A stretch of 53,980 nt of DNA, counting the filler, from Bipalium vagum (taxonomy: Eukaryota): assembly GCA_037834085.1 (NCBI GenBank). It is 2 parts of 2 records of this genome, joined end to end, with 100 filler letters (N's around TTAATTAATTAA, not from the genome) between each part and the next. Parts side by side here need not be neighbours in the genome. Positions count along the whole stretch, not along the records: positions 1 to 22,311 come from JBBMKC010223454.1; positions 22,412 to 53,980 come from JBBMKC010251341.1. The stretch is one strand, 5' to 3'. Both the position numbers and the translations under genes were made by a program. Shown one piece after another: positions 13,077 through 24,746 of the stretch; position 1 is the first letter of the stretch; the number at the start of each line of letters is the position of its first letter. The notes under the pieces were generated by a model. The model searched no databases. It was given only the letters and a program-made list of their open reading frames with translations, and was not told where the DNA came from.

Positions 13077-13858
13077 TATTAAGTTTAAAACTTACATTCT
13101 GTATGAATGATTTAAATGTATGATGTGATTTAGTATTTCAATATAGATATGAAAAATATAAATAGATATACGATTGAGCTTAATGATAAAGATTTTTAAT
13201 ACCCTAATGGATTTTCTTTGAATTTCAATATGAAGCATTTCAGAAAGACAGTATGTGTGAATTTCAACCAAATTAATAAACCAGAAATCAGTCTGGAAAA
13301 TCAAAATCAAACAGTTCTATTCAAAATATCACAAAAAATTCCAAATTTAACCTCCAACTTGAAGAACATCAAGAAACAGGGAAGCATTTAAATGAAATCT
13401 TTTGGTTGGGTTAGATTTGTTTATTTGATTTTAATCTGAATTTGTATGTTTTTAAATGTTTTAATATTTTAAGTAAAAAACGTAAACTATTTTATTCGGT
13501 GATTATAACACCATGTCTTATTTTCTGTTAATCCTGCGCATATTGAATATAAATAAATAAAATAGTAGTAATTTAAAGATTTCAATACTAAAAAATGAAT
13601 AAAAAGAAAGAAGTAAATATATTGTAAAAAAAATAAATGATAAAGTGAGCACATAAAATAGAGAGGATTAGAATAAAAATAATATATTAAATAACGACTT
13701 CGTGGAGTCAGAATAATAATAATTTATAAATTAATTAACTTTCTGATTATTAATGAATGTAGGAAGCTATGACAAACATAGCACTCAAACTACTTACAAA
13801 AATCTTGATAAAGCCTGAAGCGATGATCTTTGTGATCCATTCCAGTAGTATGTAAATA

Positions 13859-14320
13859 GCGGCACCCTACCCTTGACCCTTACTTATTTTTTTAAAAAAT
13901 AAATCACCTCTGTATCATGGCCCTTATTTTCTCTATTTGCCCAACTTTTTCCTCCAAAAACGACTTTTTTCACCATTTTTCTCATTTTAAAAAAGTGGAA
14001 AAAATCAAATTTACAGTTTTTCAAAATTACTTTTTGCCTCATTTTTCATCACTTTCGACTTTTGTAAATTCAAAATATTTACTAAAAATCTAAAGTCAAA
14101 TTTTATCTTTAAAAATAAATTGTGAAAATCATTCTTATAAAAGCGGCACCCTACCGTTCACCCTATTTAAAAAAAATTTTCACATTTCAAAATCCCTTTT
14201 TTGGGCCACTTTTCCACAAAAATGAGTTTTTTTTGCCATTTTTCTCATTTTAAAAACAAAAAAATTAAAATTTTCACTTTTTAAAAAAAACCACTTTTTT
14301 GGCAATTACTTTCAATAAAA
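13859..14320. repeat. Two diverged tandem copies of a ~284-bp unit beginning GCGGCACCCTACC
   Basis: GCGGCACCCTACC occurs at 13859 and 14143. Both copies share a CCATTTTTCTCATTTTAAAAA block (about 13973 and 14236). Confidence 0.75.
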
Positions 14321-14699
14321 ATGTTAAAATGAATGATTTTTTCATTTGTAAAAAATACGTATTAAATATTTATTTTTAAAAAATGGTATTGTGAATTTTG
14401 TGAAAAAAATATTTCTAAAAAAAATAAGTCATCATGAAGATACAATAAAGCATGAAAAAAATATTCAAAGAAAAAACCACGAATAAAAGTATGAATGAAA
14501 AAATACGATTAAAATTTCCAGATATTTTCAAAGAAGTAGGCGAAATCCAAATCAGCAATAACAAATAATAATTCTTAAATAAGTTTACAACCGGAAAATA
14601 TTCAAGAGAATTTCATTTAAAATCTTTAAATACTTTTAATAAAACAAATACTGTTTTGATATATCTGGTTTTCGGTTTTCCTAATTTTTCCATGTTCAT

Positions 14700-17245
14700 G
14701 CTTCGTCTGACATTGAGAACATAAAACTTCTGATAATTTTGACAAGCCATCTGTAAATCTTCATTACTGTAATCTTCTCCTTTCCTGTAATTTAATTCAA
14801 AATTGAATCCCGAAAAAAGCTAACCAAGTTTGAAATTGCGGACTAATTGGATTTTTCGTAGAATGCACGAAATGCTTTATGATCCGTACGAGCAATAAAA
14901 CATTTCCAGTATAAATATTGCTTAAAATGGAGAACGAATTCATGGAGTGATAATAGCTCTTTTCTGGCTACGCAATATCCAAACTCATGAGTTGATAAAT
15001 GTCGTGATCTGTAAGCAATCACCGGTTTCGTTCCATCTTCCTTGATCTGATTCAACACAGCTGCAATAGCTCCAAAACTTGAATCAGTTTCAAGCACAAA
15101 GACGAGTTTTTCTTGAAAAATCTAGAACCAGAGCTTTGTACAACTTATCCTTCAATTCCCGGAAACTCTTCTGACATTGTTCTGCGTTCCACAACCTGAT
15201 ATAGCTGCGTATAATGGAGCCGCTATGACAGCATATCTATCTATGAAACGTCGATATTAATAAGTCAAACTCAAAAATGATCGCAGCTGAGAAACACACC
15301 CTGGGTATTCTGCATTCATAATTTTTTCCAATCTTCTTTTATATTATTTACTCGTCTGAAATCAATACACATTCTTATTGAGCCATCATTCTTGTCTACT
15401 ACCACCAATGGAGAATTCCATGGGCTTTTACACTTAGCTAGAACTTCTGCTGATAATAGCTGTGAAACCATTTCATCAATTTTTGATTTCAGATGCATCG
15501 GTTGTCTTCTTGGATGTTGTGCAATAGGTCAGCTTGTTACTATTATATAATTCTATTATATTTATCGATGAAACAAATTACACAATCGCACACTATTCCT
15601 ATTTTTGAAAAATTCCATTGCTAGCTTCGTTCTCTCGTTATCATTAAACTGCTTCGTTATATAAGTAGCTTCAATGTTACTGATATCACATAATTTGATT
15701 CCAAAACGTTTCATGGTATCTATTCCTCATATAAAACCTGGTTTTAATCTTCTAACAACAATTATTTCGGCTTTTTTATCTTACAGTTCCATGCAATTCT
15801 AGCGATAAGCAATTCAAGTGACTTTTCTCTACTCGTGGAAAACATCCCACTCAATACGATATCATCCATTGATAATTGTGGTCTTCTAAGTTTGTTCTAG
15901 TATTTTTCACTCAATACAGTTAGGGACTCCCCAGAATCCCATAACATTTGAATTTTCACATCCCCAATTACAAATAAACTTAACTGTCTTCCATCTGCTG
16001 TCTGAAACATCTCAACATCTTGTACACTCTAATTTTTTGGTAGATTTAGTGACTCAATCCAACTGTCGAAATGTGAGCCATTAAGTTTTTTCTGTTATCT
16101 AATTCGACAGACGAGGAATCATCGTGAATAATGTCTCCATGAATGAACATCACTGATCTCCGAAATTATTTGGGAATCGATTCTAACATTGAACACGAGC
16201 AAAAAAATGACCTTGTTTTCCATAAATGTAATGTGAGCAATGTGATCTCAGGTGATCGTCAGATCCACAACAGAAACACTGACTGGGTATAAGCATTTCA
16301 TCTTTTGGTGTTGGAAATCCTCTGCACTTGTTATACAAACGTCTAGAAATGTGTTTCATTGAATAAATTGACATTTATTTCTGACCTGGGTAAAATTTTC
16401 AAGGTTCAGCATCTTCTCGTCTGTTAAGCCGTCCTTAACTCTCTTCCTGATAGTGCTCCATATGTGAATCCATTACAATTGGAGAACCTGAATTTGTCTT
16501 TGAGTTACAATTCTCAATAACTAGCCCATACTTTGGAATATTGGTTTGTTGTTGATGATATTTTCCTCCAGAGACCTCTTTTTGGACTACACTTGCGTAG
16601 CTTCCTTTTTTACGGTATTTACTGTTGATTTCTTCAGTATCTTTTTCTGCTCCATCGATTCATACAATTTAGCCAAATTTCTAATATCATTAACTGGACT
16701 TTATATTATGTTAGAGGTCTAGTTATTAGAGCTTCTCGGAATCCTACAGTTTTAGTTCGTTTTGTTAGAAAATCTTTCAATATTTCTTCTCTGGTCATCC
16801 CGGAATTTAGAACAGAATTCAATAAATTCCGAACTCGGATTCAGAAATTTGCAAAGCCTTCATCTTCGTTTTGCTTCACTTGTCCCAATTCCACAAGTAG
16901 ATCGGTAAAAGATTTTTACTGTTAATGTATCAGTAAACCAGATTTTCGCATTCTCTTTATTTGTCGTCTCTGATTTAAAAGTTCGCCACAAAATTGCTGC
17001 TTCTTTGAACAAAGAAGGTCAAAAACACTAATGTTGCACAAATCATTAATATTCAACCAATCTTCTATATCCTTTAACCATTGCTCAGCTTCGGTTGTGC
17101 TTCTTCCATTGTCCTTCCGAATATGAAAGTTTAAAAGTTCTTGAGCCTTCTTCGGTAAAGCTTCCAAAATAATTTTCTTCTGTTGTTTTATAACAACATT
17201 CATGTTTCCAGTGTGGTCGCCAGTAAAATCTTGTTTAAAATCCAT
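14700..17245 (-). mobile_element. Degenerate Ty3/Gypsy LTR retrotransposon (gag, zinc knuckle, protease, partial RT, RNase H)
   Basis: Gag-like ORF 16922-17245; CFCCGSDDHLRSHC knuckle; LWDSG protease motif at about 15935; SPWNSPLVVVDKNDGSIRMCIDFRRVN (RT); LETDSSFGAIAAVL...KELL...TDHKA (RNase H). The YxDD core is deleted. Confidence 0.92.
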
Positions 17246-17299
17246 TTATAAAACAACGCGGTAATCAGAGTGTATATTATTCAAACAAATTACAATTAT

Positions 17300-18000
17300 C
17301 ATATCTCTATCACTATTACCTGAAGACTGTGCAGAAAAGCTAGGAAGCTTTAATATGTGGTGCGAATAGCAAGTGAGTGGAGTGGACAGATAACACAGAA
17401 GGAGCATTAGAAGATTTAAGAGAATATTACTTGAAAAGAACTACTAACAATCTACTATTTTTGCAAGCACTTCAATCATTACTTGTATAGGAAGAAGTTT
17501 ACACTACTCACAGATCACCAAGCTATCACGTTTATGTTAAAGATAAAAAGGCCAATAACATCTCAATTCTAAATATTTTTGGGCTCTTTGGACATGAGGT
17601 TGGAATACAGAAAAAGCTCAATGCATAATAATGCAGCTTATGTTATTTCGACCACAATGTGATATTTGCACTCAATGAATGATGCAGCATGAAGACCCAA
17701 AGTGAGATATGACCAAGACAAGGACATTAGATGGTATTGAGAAAGAAAATAAACTACTAAATGACAAAGAACTAGAAGAAGTTATTAAAGCAACGCATCG
17801 AAAACTAGCTCATATGGGATGTCTACTATTTAAGCAATAAATTTGAAGTGAACAATATAGAAAGGTAAGGAAGATATTGAAAACTTGTGAATATGGACTT
17901 TATAAAAAATCAACAAAATATAAATCATAGATAACGAACAGATTCGAAAAAATAAACTGATCGATTGTGGTGGGAGAAATTTTAATATAATAAACGAATT
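17300..18000 (+). mobile_element. Highly decayed retrotransposon pol/integrase fragment
   Basis: Residual RKFTLLTDHQA (RNase H) and HRKLAHMG (integrase HHCC) motifs. Confidence 0.55.
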
Positions 18001-19763
18001 TGTGAATTTTCATCAATGATATCAAAGTTTTCTTGGATTTATAAAACAAAGAATGAAATTTTGCAGATGGTGGGAATTCTTATCGACGTTGTTCATATCC
18101 ATTTCTAACAATTTTTTGGAATTTCTTTCATTTTTGGCCCAGATTTTTTTTTACTCATTTTAAACAAACAAATAATTTGTTTCTAATGGATTTTTGTTAC
18201 TACTTTAATTTATTTATTTTATCTTAATATCAAATTAAAGTATTAAAATATTTCTTAAAACAATTTACAAATCATTCTACATATATCGAAACATGATTTA
18301 TTTTACCAGATATCTTTTTTTTCATAATTTTTAAAATCATAAAATTATGTATAATAATTAAAAATTTGTTGTTAATAATTAAGTTACACAATGATTACCT
18401 AGATTTCATTAAAAACTGACAATTTCTTCTTCAAATTTATTGGTTACATTTTGTAACATGAGGGTTTTCCTCTTTCATCATTGTTTGTCCTTCACTTAGT
18501 TTAACGTAACGATGTAGGACTAAAGTAGTGTTTTTTTCCGAAGAATGAAAGCTAACTGATCACCAATAGAACATTCAGTAAAGATTCTCCTTGTTTCCAC
18601 GCTGTGATATCTAGAAAAATCACCGATTGTTAGATAGTCTTATAATTTGTTGAAAGTAGATAATGACCCTCATTTTGTACCAATTGTCCTTCAAGATCTT
18701 ATTGTGGTGCTGGAAATTGACTAGGGACATAAAACTTTTTATTAATGATATTTTCTATAGCAATAATGGTGTGGGAACGGTACTTTCGAAATAGACCTAT
18801 CATGCATGACCGATAAGCCAAAATGTTTTGGCATAGTGTTATTTAGAAACCTTTAACAGTTCCGTCAATCCCCCAGCAAAAATCGTCATATTATGGTTGT
18901 AAAAATGAAACCTAAAATTCTGATCCTGTCGTATGTACTGGCAAATTCCGGAAAAATTAAATGGAGGTCCATATTTTGAGGTTTATTCATGTGAAAGGCA
19001 TGTATGGATCCAGCTGCCAAGGAGAAAAATTTGCACTTATAGGGAATCAAATTTTTGATTTCGAACGTGGTCATTGTTTTTCTGATGTCTGGAATGTTGG
19101 TACATTTTTTGTAAAGGATATTTCATTATTTCACACATTTTCTATTTTGAATATAAACCTTATATTTAATTTATTTTAAATTCAACATTTTAAATATGAA
19201 TCAATTTGCAAATGATCAATGATTGCAAATAATTCAAATTTATTACCAAATTATCCGTTTAATTTTGAAAACTTTACGCATATTAAAATCCATTTTGGCC
19301 CGTTAGAATCATCCATGTGAAAGAACAGTGAAACGTCTAGTACAAGATTTTGAGTCAATATATTCGCTTAAGAGTGTTACGACGACAATAAGACAAAGAA
19401 ATATGTGGCGCACATATATATTTGAGCTGTTAGAATGTACATTAAAACAAATCCCAATGAATCAATTCGGCGCCGTTCGCAGGAATTTGGTTTCGCATTT
19501 TTTTATTAATTCTACCAACATATATATTTTATTTACTTTGTCTTACTTTATCATTTAAATGTCTGCTAATTTGCAGTCTTTTTTAAAAATTTTATCAATA
19601 TGAAATTGAAAAAGTTTGAGGAAGATACAATTAGAATTTTTGATTTTTTTTATTAAAAAATGAAGATCGAAAAATAACAATTAAATACTGGAGAAAGGAT
19701 ACTGACAAAGTGAATTACTAAGGAAAGTCTAGTCTAAAGCCACCCAGAATTAAAATTAAATCA

Positions 19764-20716
19764 TTAGGTTGATTCATAAGTAATTTCGTTTATTATTTAA
19801 AATAATAAAAACAAAATAAAACAAAAAACATTATATTATGTTTCAAAGTAAAGGAAATTTGAAAGTTTTAAGCCATCAATCTCCTAGTTGTTGGATCCCT
19901 TGTTGATACAATTCCTTGTCCCTGAACCTGAAAATCTCTTGGCATGCCGTTTCGATCTCGTTCAAGTTATTGAATATACGTCCTCGGAGAAAATGTGCCA
20001 TTGATCGAAAAAGATGGTAATCCGATGGGGCAAGATCGGAACTGTATGTTGGATGTGATAACAGTTCAATAGATTCACATTCTCTGATTTTTTCGATTAT
20101 TTTCTTGGCAGTGTGCGGTTCTGCCACTTGCTCAGGGTCCAACCATTGATTATTTTTGTGAGAATTAGTAAATTATATCGACTTTTCATCAAAAGTTACA
20201 AACTGTCTAATGAAACGATCATTCCACAGATTTTCCAGTAGATTTCTAGACGTTTCCATACGTCGCTTTGCCTGATTTTCGGTCAAATCATGAGGTACTC
20301 CTCTACATTGTTTGTTGATCTTACCGATTGCTTTAATGTGTCTGACAACAGTTACTTGATTCACCTTCGTCTCTAATCGACCATGTGTTATATTTTGAAG
20401 ATAGAAAATCACAAAATTTAAACGGAATTTGTATAATGATTGTCATGAATCTGCCTTCTTGATTTAATAAATTTTATTCTTGTTCGTGAAAATGCAGAAA
20501 TATTTCTTCCATAGTTTTTACAGCAGATTTATCTTTAAAATGCGATATTAAACCACGTACATTCTTTATTTCACACCAATTCATTAATTTAAGTATAGAA
20601 TATTTAATTACCTTCAAAATGATATATAACTTAATAAATTTAAATGTTTTTAAATATATAATGATTTAATTTGATATAGTTAAACAAAAAAACAAAATTA
20701 CCTATGATATATTAAT
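19764..20716 (-). mobile_element. Internally deleted mariner element
   Basis: ORFs contain VPHDLTENQ..R, VTFDEKSI and HPTYSSDLAPSDYHLFRSM (mariner YSPDLAPxD). TIR-like TTAGGTTGATTCATAAGTAATTTCG at 19764, with a degenerate partner near 20690-20716. Confidence 0.9.
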
Positions 20717-21189
20717 ATATATTACATATTTGATATCTCTGTAGAAAATGTATTATTATAAATTCTAATATTTTCATATTTATAATTTTATTTTATTTTT
20801 TATTTTACCCATTTTTGACAATTAATTTATCTTATTCAGGTTTGACTAATCAAATATTTGATTATTATCTTTGACTTATTTTTGACTTATTTAAATAATT
20901 TAATTGTGATATTTTTTAAAGAAAAGAACTTTTATTTATTAAAAAAAATAAAATATTTAAATAATATTTATATATACCGTGGATTTTAAGAGAGAAAAAT
21001 GAAGACATTGTTATATTCTCTGATATATAAAAACAATTTTCATAATGTCATATGATTTATAAAAATATAACAAATTGTAAAATTTTCTGTTTTTTAAGGC
21101 ATTTTACTGTTTTAAATTTTAGATATTTTGGAATAATTTCAAAAACATTTACATAACATTCAATTTGAAATAAATTAGTTATAGAATAT

Positions 21190-21680
21190 TATAATTACAG
21201 ACAAGTTGTCATCGAGTCTGCCTTCCTTACCCTAAATGAGAGAATATTCAAAAATGAAAAGCGATCAAAGGTCGTGTCTAAGAATTTCACATCATACATT
21301 TACCATGTACAATGATTTATGAATAGAAATGGTTTTTTGAAGTTTGATTTTACTGAAGACATCTTAAATTCAGAATACTACATTGATCTCATACTTGAAA
21401 CCCGAAGTATCCAACACAAGCGAACCATATTTATACATCCCAAAAACAAAAAACACATTAACAAAAGCTAAGTTTTAGCATCTGGAGCATACTTCATACA
21501 GTCCAGGTCTTGCACCAATTGATCTTAAGAAACATATGTGAGAACATAAATTTGTTTAAAAGAATGATATGAAGGATAAGGTGACGAAATTTCTCATGGA
21601 AAATGATCAAATCAGTCGAGTTCATTACAGTCCCTTGCCATATTATTAGGGACACTACAAAAATACAAATAAATCAACTA
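21190..21680 (+). mobile_element. Decayed Tc1/mariner transposase fragment
   Basis: EHTSYSPGLAPID at about 21485-21523; the rest is heavily interrupted. Confidence 0.55.
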
Positions 21681-22311
21681 AAAAATCAGATATAGGTAAA
21701 GTATAAGTACCAAGTACATAAAATTCCAAGATATACAGTATAGTTATACAGATATTCTTTATAGTTCCATTTTCTCTTTTATTATAACCTTGAAAATGGA
21801 AAATAAATTAATTTTAGGCTTATAAAGAAGTTAAGTGTTATTTGTATTAACGACTATTCTCCAAAATTTGGTTTAAAGTGATAAATAAATATCAAAATTT
21901 GTCCAACCATAAAAATCTGCTCTTTCTTTTGTGATTATGATAGGAAATTAAAAACAATTAGGCAGAACTTTGCGATTTAGATTATGTTAAACTGATGTCA
22001 ACAGAGAAGTCCATAATAATCTTTCTTTTGATCAGACTTGTATTCATTGTTGGAAACAATAAAGATAATTAATTATTGGCCTGAAATTGAAAAATTAATG
22101 ATAAATTTTAATAAGCAAATAATAAATAAATAAATACACGAAATTAGATTACTTATATTTCTCCTGAGTTTTGTAGAACAAAATTTTAAGTAAAATTATT
22201 TAATAAAAATTATATTCAATTAATAAAATATTAGGTAACAAAAAAAGTTCTCGGAAAAATTAAAATTAAATAATTTTTAAAATATTTCTAATAATAATAA
22301 TATTGTATTTT

Positions 22312-22411
22312 NNNNNNNNNNNNNNNNNNNNNNNNNNNNNNNNNNNNNNNNNNNNTTAATTAATTAANNNNNNNNNNNNNNNNNNNNNNNNNNNNNNNNN
22401 NNNNNNNNNNN
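22312..22411. other. Artificial 100-bp contig-join spacer (44 N + TTAATTAATTAA + 44 N)
   Basis: Exactly symmetrical N runs around a 12-mer that has stop codons in all six frames. Confidence 0.92.
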
Positions 22412-22443
22412 ATCCGCAGTGGATTGCCACAGAATTGAGATCG

Positions 22444-22635
22444 AGAATTATTGCTATTATTTTTGTCGGAAGATTATTGCTAGAAGAATTATTGCTATTG
22501 CGTCAGAAGATTATATTTAGAAGAATTATTGCTATTTTTGTCGGAAGATTATTGCTAGAAGAAGAATTATTGCTATTGCGTCAGAAGATCATATTTAGAA
22601 GAATTATTGCTATTTTTGTCGGAAGATTATTGCAA
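22444..22635. repeat. Minisatellite, ~78-bp unit x ~2.5, built from AGAATTATTGCTA sub-units
   Basis: Repeated TTTTGTCGGAAGATTATTGC and ATTGCGTCAGAAGAT blocks; lies at a contig edge. Confidence 0.9.
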
Positions 22636-22689
22636 GGAGGAGAACCATTGTCATTTGCTATTACATTTTAGATTTAATATTTTTTTATT

Positions 22690-23260
22690 GTTGCTACTGG
22701 TGTTGACCCAATCTTTACTCTGCCTTTACTAACTCTAATAGATAAGTTTAACCCAACTTCATCTACAAAAAATATTAGAGTTGGAAAACTCGTTACCCAA
22801 AGTATCAAACAATAATGCAATCATTATCTAAAATCTCTTGAATGCAAGCTTTTATTTCATCATTTACCTTCTGATGTTTTCTCACTTTGCTTTTTTTCGT
22901 AAATTCACCTGTTGCTTTGAATGCTGTAATTATGCGGCTTACTGTACTTTTAGGGAGGTTTTCATATTTTGAAATAGAATTTTTTCTCATATCATCCTGA
23001 TAATTTGAGACAATTCTGTATCTCGAGTCATTATTAATAATTTTATATTGTTTATTCTTTGTATTTTTGTAACCTCTCCATAGCAATCTGAACTATTCAT
23101 GATCTATCTAAAAATAAGGAAATGGATAAAATACAATAAATTTCATATCCAATTACCAATAGAGAATAATAGATAAAATAAGAATTTGAATTAAACGGTT
23201 CCAATTTGAATTAAGACAAACTAATTTGAATTTAAAATGTACTAATTAGAATTAAAAACC
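22690..23260 (-). mobile_element. Tc1/IS630-like transposase N-terminal fragment with AATTTGAATTAA subterminal repeats
   Basis: ISKYENLPKSTVSRIITAFKATG paired-type HTH in ORF 22805-23086. Confidence 0.65.
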
Positions 23261-24746
23261 AAGTATATTATTATTATTATCTACCTTTGATAATCTATAA
23301 ATACAGAGTTCGTGCCTTTGGCAATCCCAAGACTATAAATTTCGGTCTCTTATTAATTTAACCTTAGTAATTAGAAAAAAATAAAAAGGGTACTTTAAAT
23401 ATTCTATATCATTTATGGGTAAGTATGAGATCAAGGAGAGCCGCTTTCCGATTTACCGAATATTAAGAACCAATTTAATTTATATTTTATTTTATTATGA
23501 TATGTAAAGTATAAAATCCTTTCTGCTTCAGAAGACCTAAGTCTAATTTCAGTTTCTCTGTTCGCAATTTTGATTTGAGTGGATAATTTGTTAAGGATTC
23601 GCCATGATTCACTTCGTAGTATCAAGCTTTTAGTTTACAATTTTACCTTTACAAATAATACAAAAATTTCGATTACTGTCTCGAAAAAAAAATCTTATAT
23701 TTATATTTTCTAAAAGGTTATTTTCTAGTTTGTATTTTTAGTTTTAGATGTCATAGTAAAAAAATTGTAAATCTAAGTCTTAAATTGAAATAAAACGAAA
23801 AAAATTACGCCCCAAGAACTTTTAAAAACGTATCTTTAAATAAATATTCTTACCAGATTAAAAAACATGATAGATAAATGGAAAACTATTACTGAAATGT
23901 AAGTAATCGCAAAAAATACATGTAATGCCAAGAGCTCTTGACCACTTGTGATCGCGAATTAGAGATATAAAGATTGTTGCTGCATTCTTATATACAAAGC
24001 AAATATTGTCATTTTTCACTTGCGCTACACTATTTTTATTTTAAATTTTTAGGCGAATTTATTGATTACTTTTCATAAATTAAAAAATTTATCAAATGCA
24101 TACCACCCACATTAAATAAACCCAATTTTTCTTTCCATTAGGTCTTTAAAAATCTTAATCCTTTTTTCGTCAAATTAAAAACAAAAGCCAAATAAAAAAC
24201 CAAAAATTTTCCTTTTATTATCAAATTCAACTGAGTTTTCTGTCGACATCAAGATACACATAAAAGCGCTACATAGAGAGAACAAACGAAATGTGCACAA
24301 AACTCAAACATAAAAGTCAATATAGAAAATAAAACTCTTGGTGAAAACCTGAAAAATTTTCATTCTGCTACAAATATAATAAAACCCACCCACAGATAAA
24401 AACAGACAAAAATCTGATTGGACAAAAACACCAAAATTCAAAATTCGCACACAATTAATAAGATGGAAAACGTTTTTTTACAAATGAACCTAGAAAAAAT
24501 AAAAACACCGGGACCAAAGACCAAACTCAAGACGCACTCGTCAGAGACAACAACAACGACGACGACCATAAAGGCTTGTTTCCAGTCACTATGGAGATAG
24601 ACATAAAAACCTGATCCAGAAAAATCGATTGTGCTTGTCATTGATAATCGGGAAAACTGAACACTCAAGTCAGCTATTTTTTGGAAAGGGGTTGTGGTGG
24701 TGTTAAAGAAGAGATGAAGGAACCCGCATGACGAGAGGAACAATTA

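Noticed and set aside
18394-19180. Possible gene or MULE transposase relic (WCGNGTFE resembling DGTF)
   Set aside because: Only one weak motif and stops in all frames; not enough to call.
22356-22367. TTAATTAATTAA palindrome as a biological element
   Set aside because: Centred in symmetrical N runs; an assembly spacer.
22435-22671. Repetitive 78-aa ORF / possible CRISPR-like array
   Set aside because: It is a tandem minisatellite with no unique spacers, in a eukaryotic context with no cas genes; the ORF is a by-product of the repeat.
24418-24743. ORFs with Thr/Val runs
   Set aside because: They lie in the presumed AMBRA1 3' UTR and come from (ACA/ACG) microrepeats.
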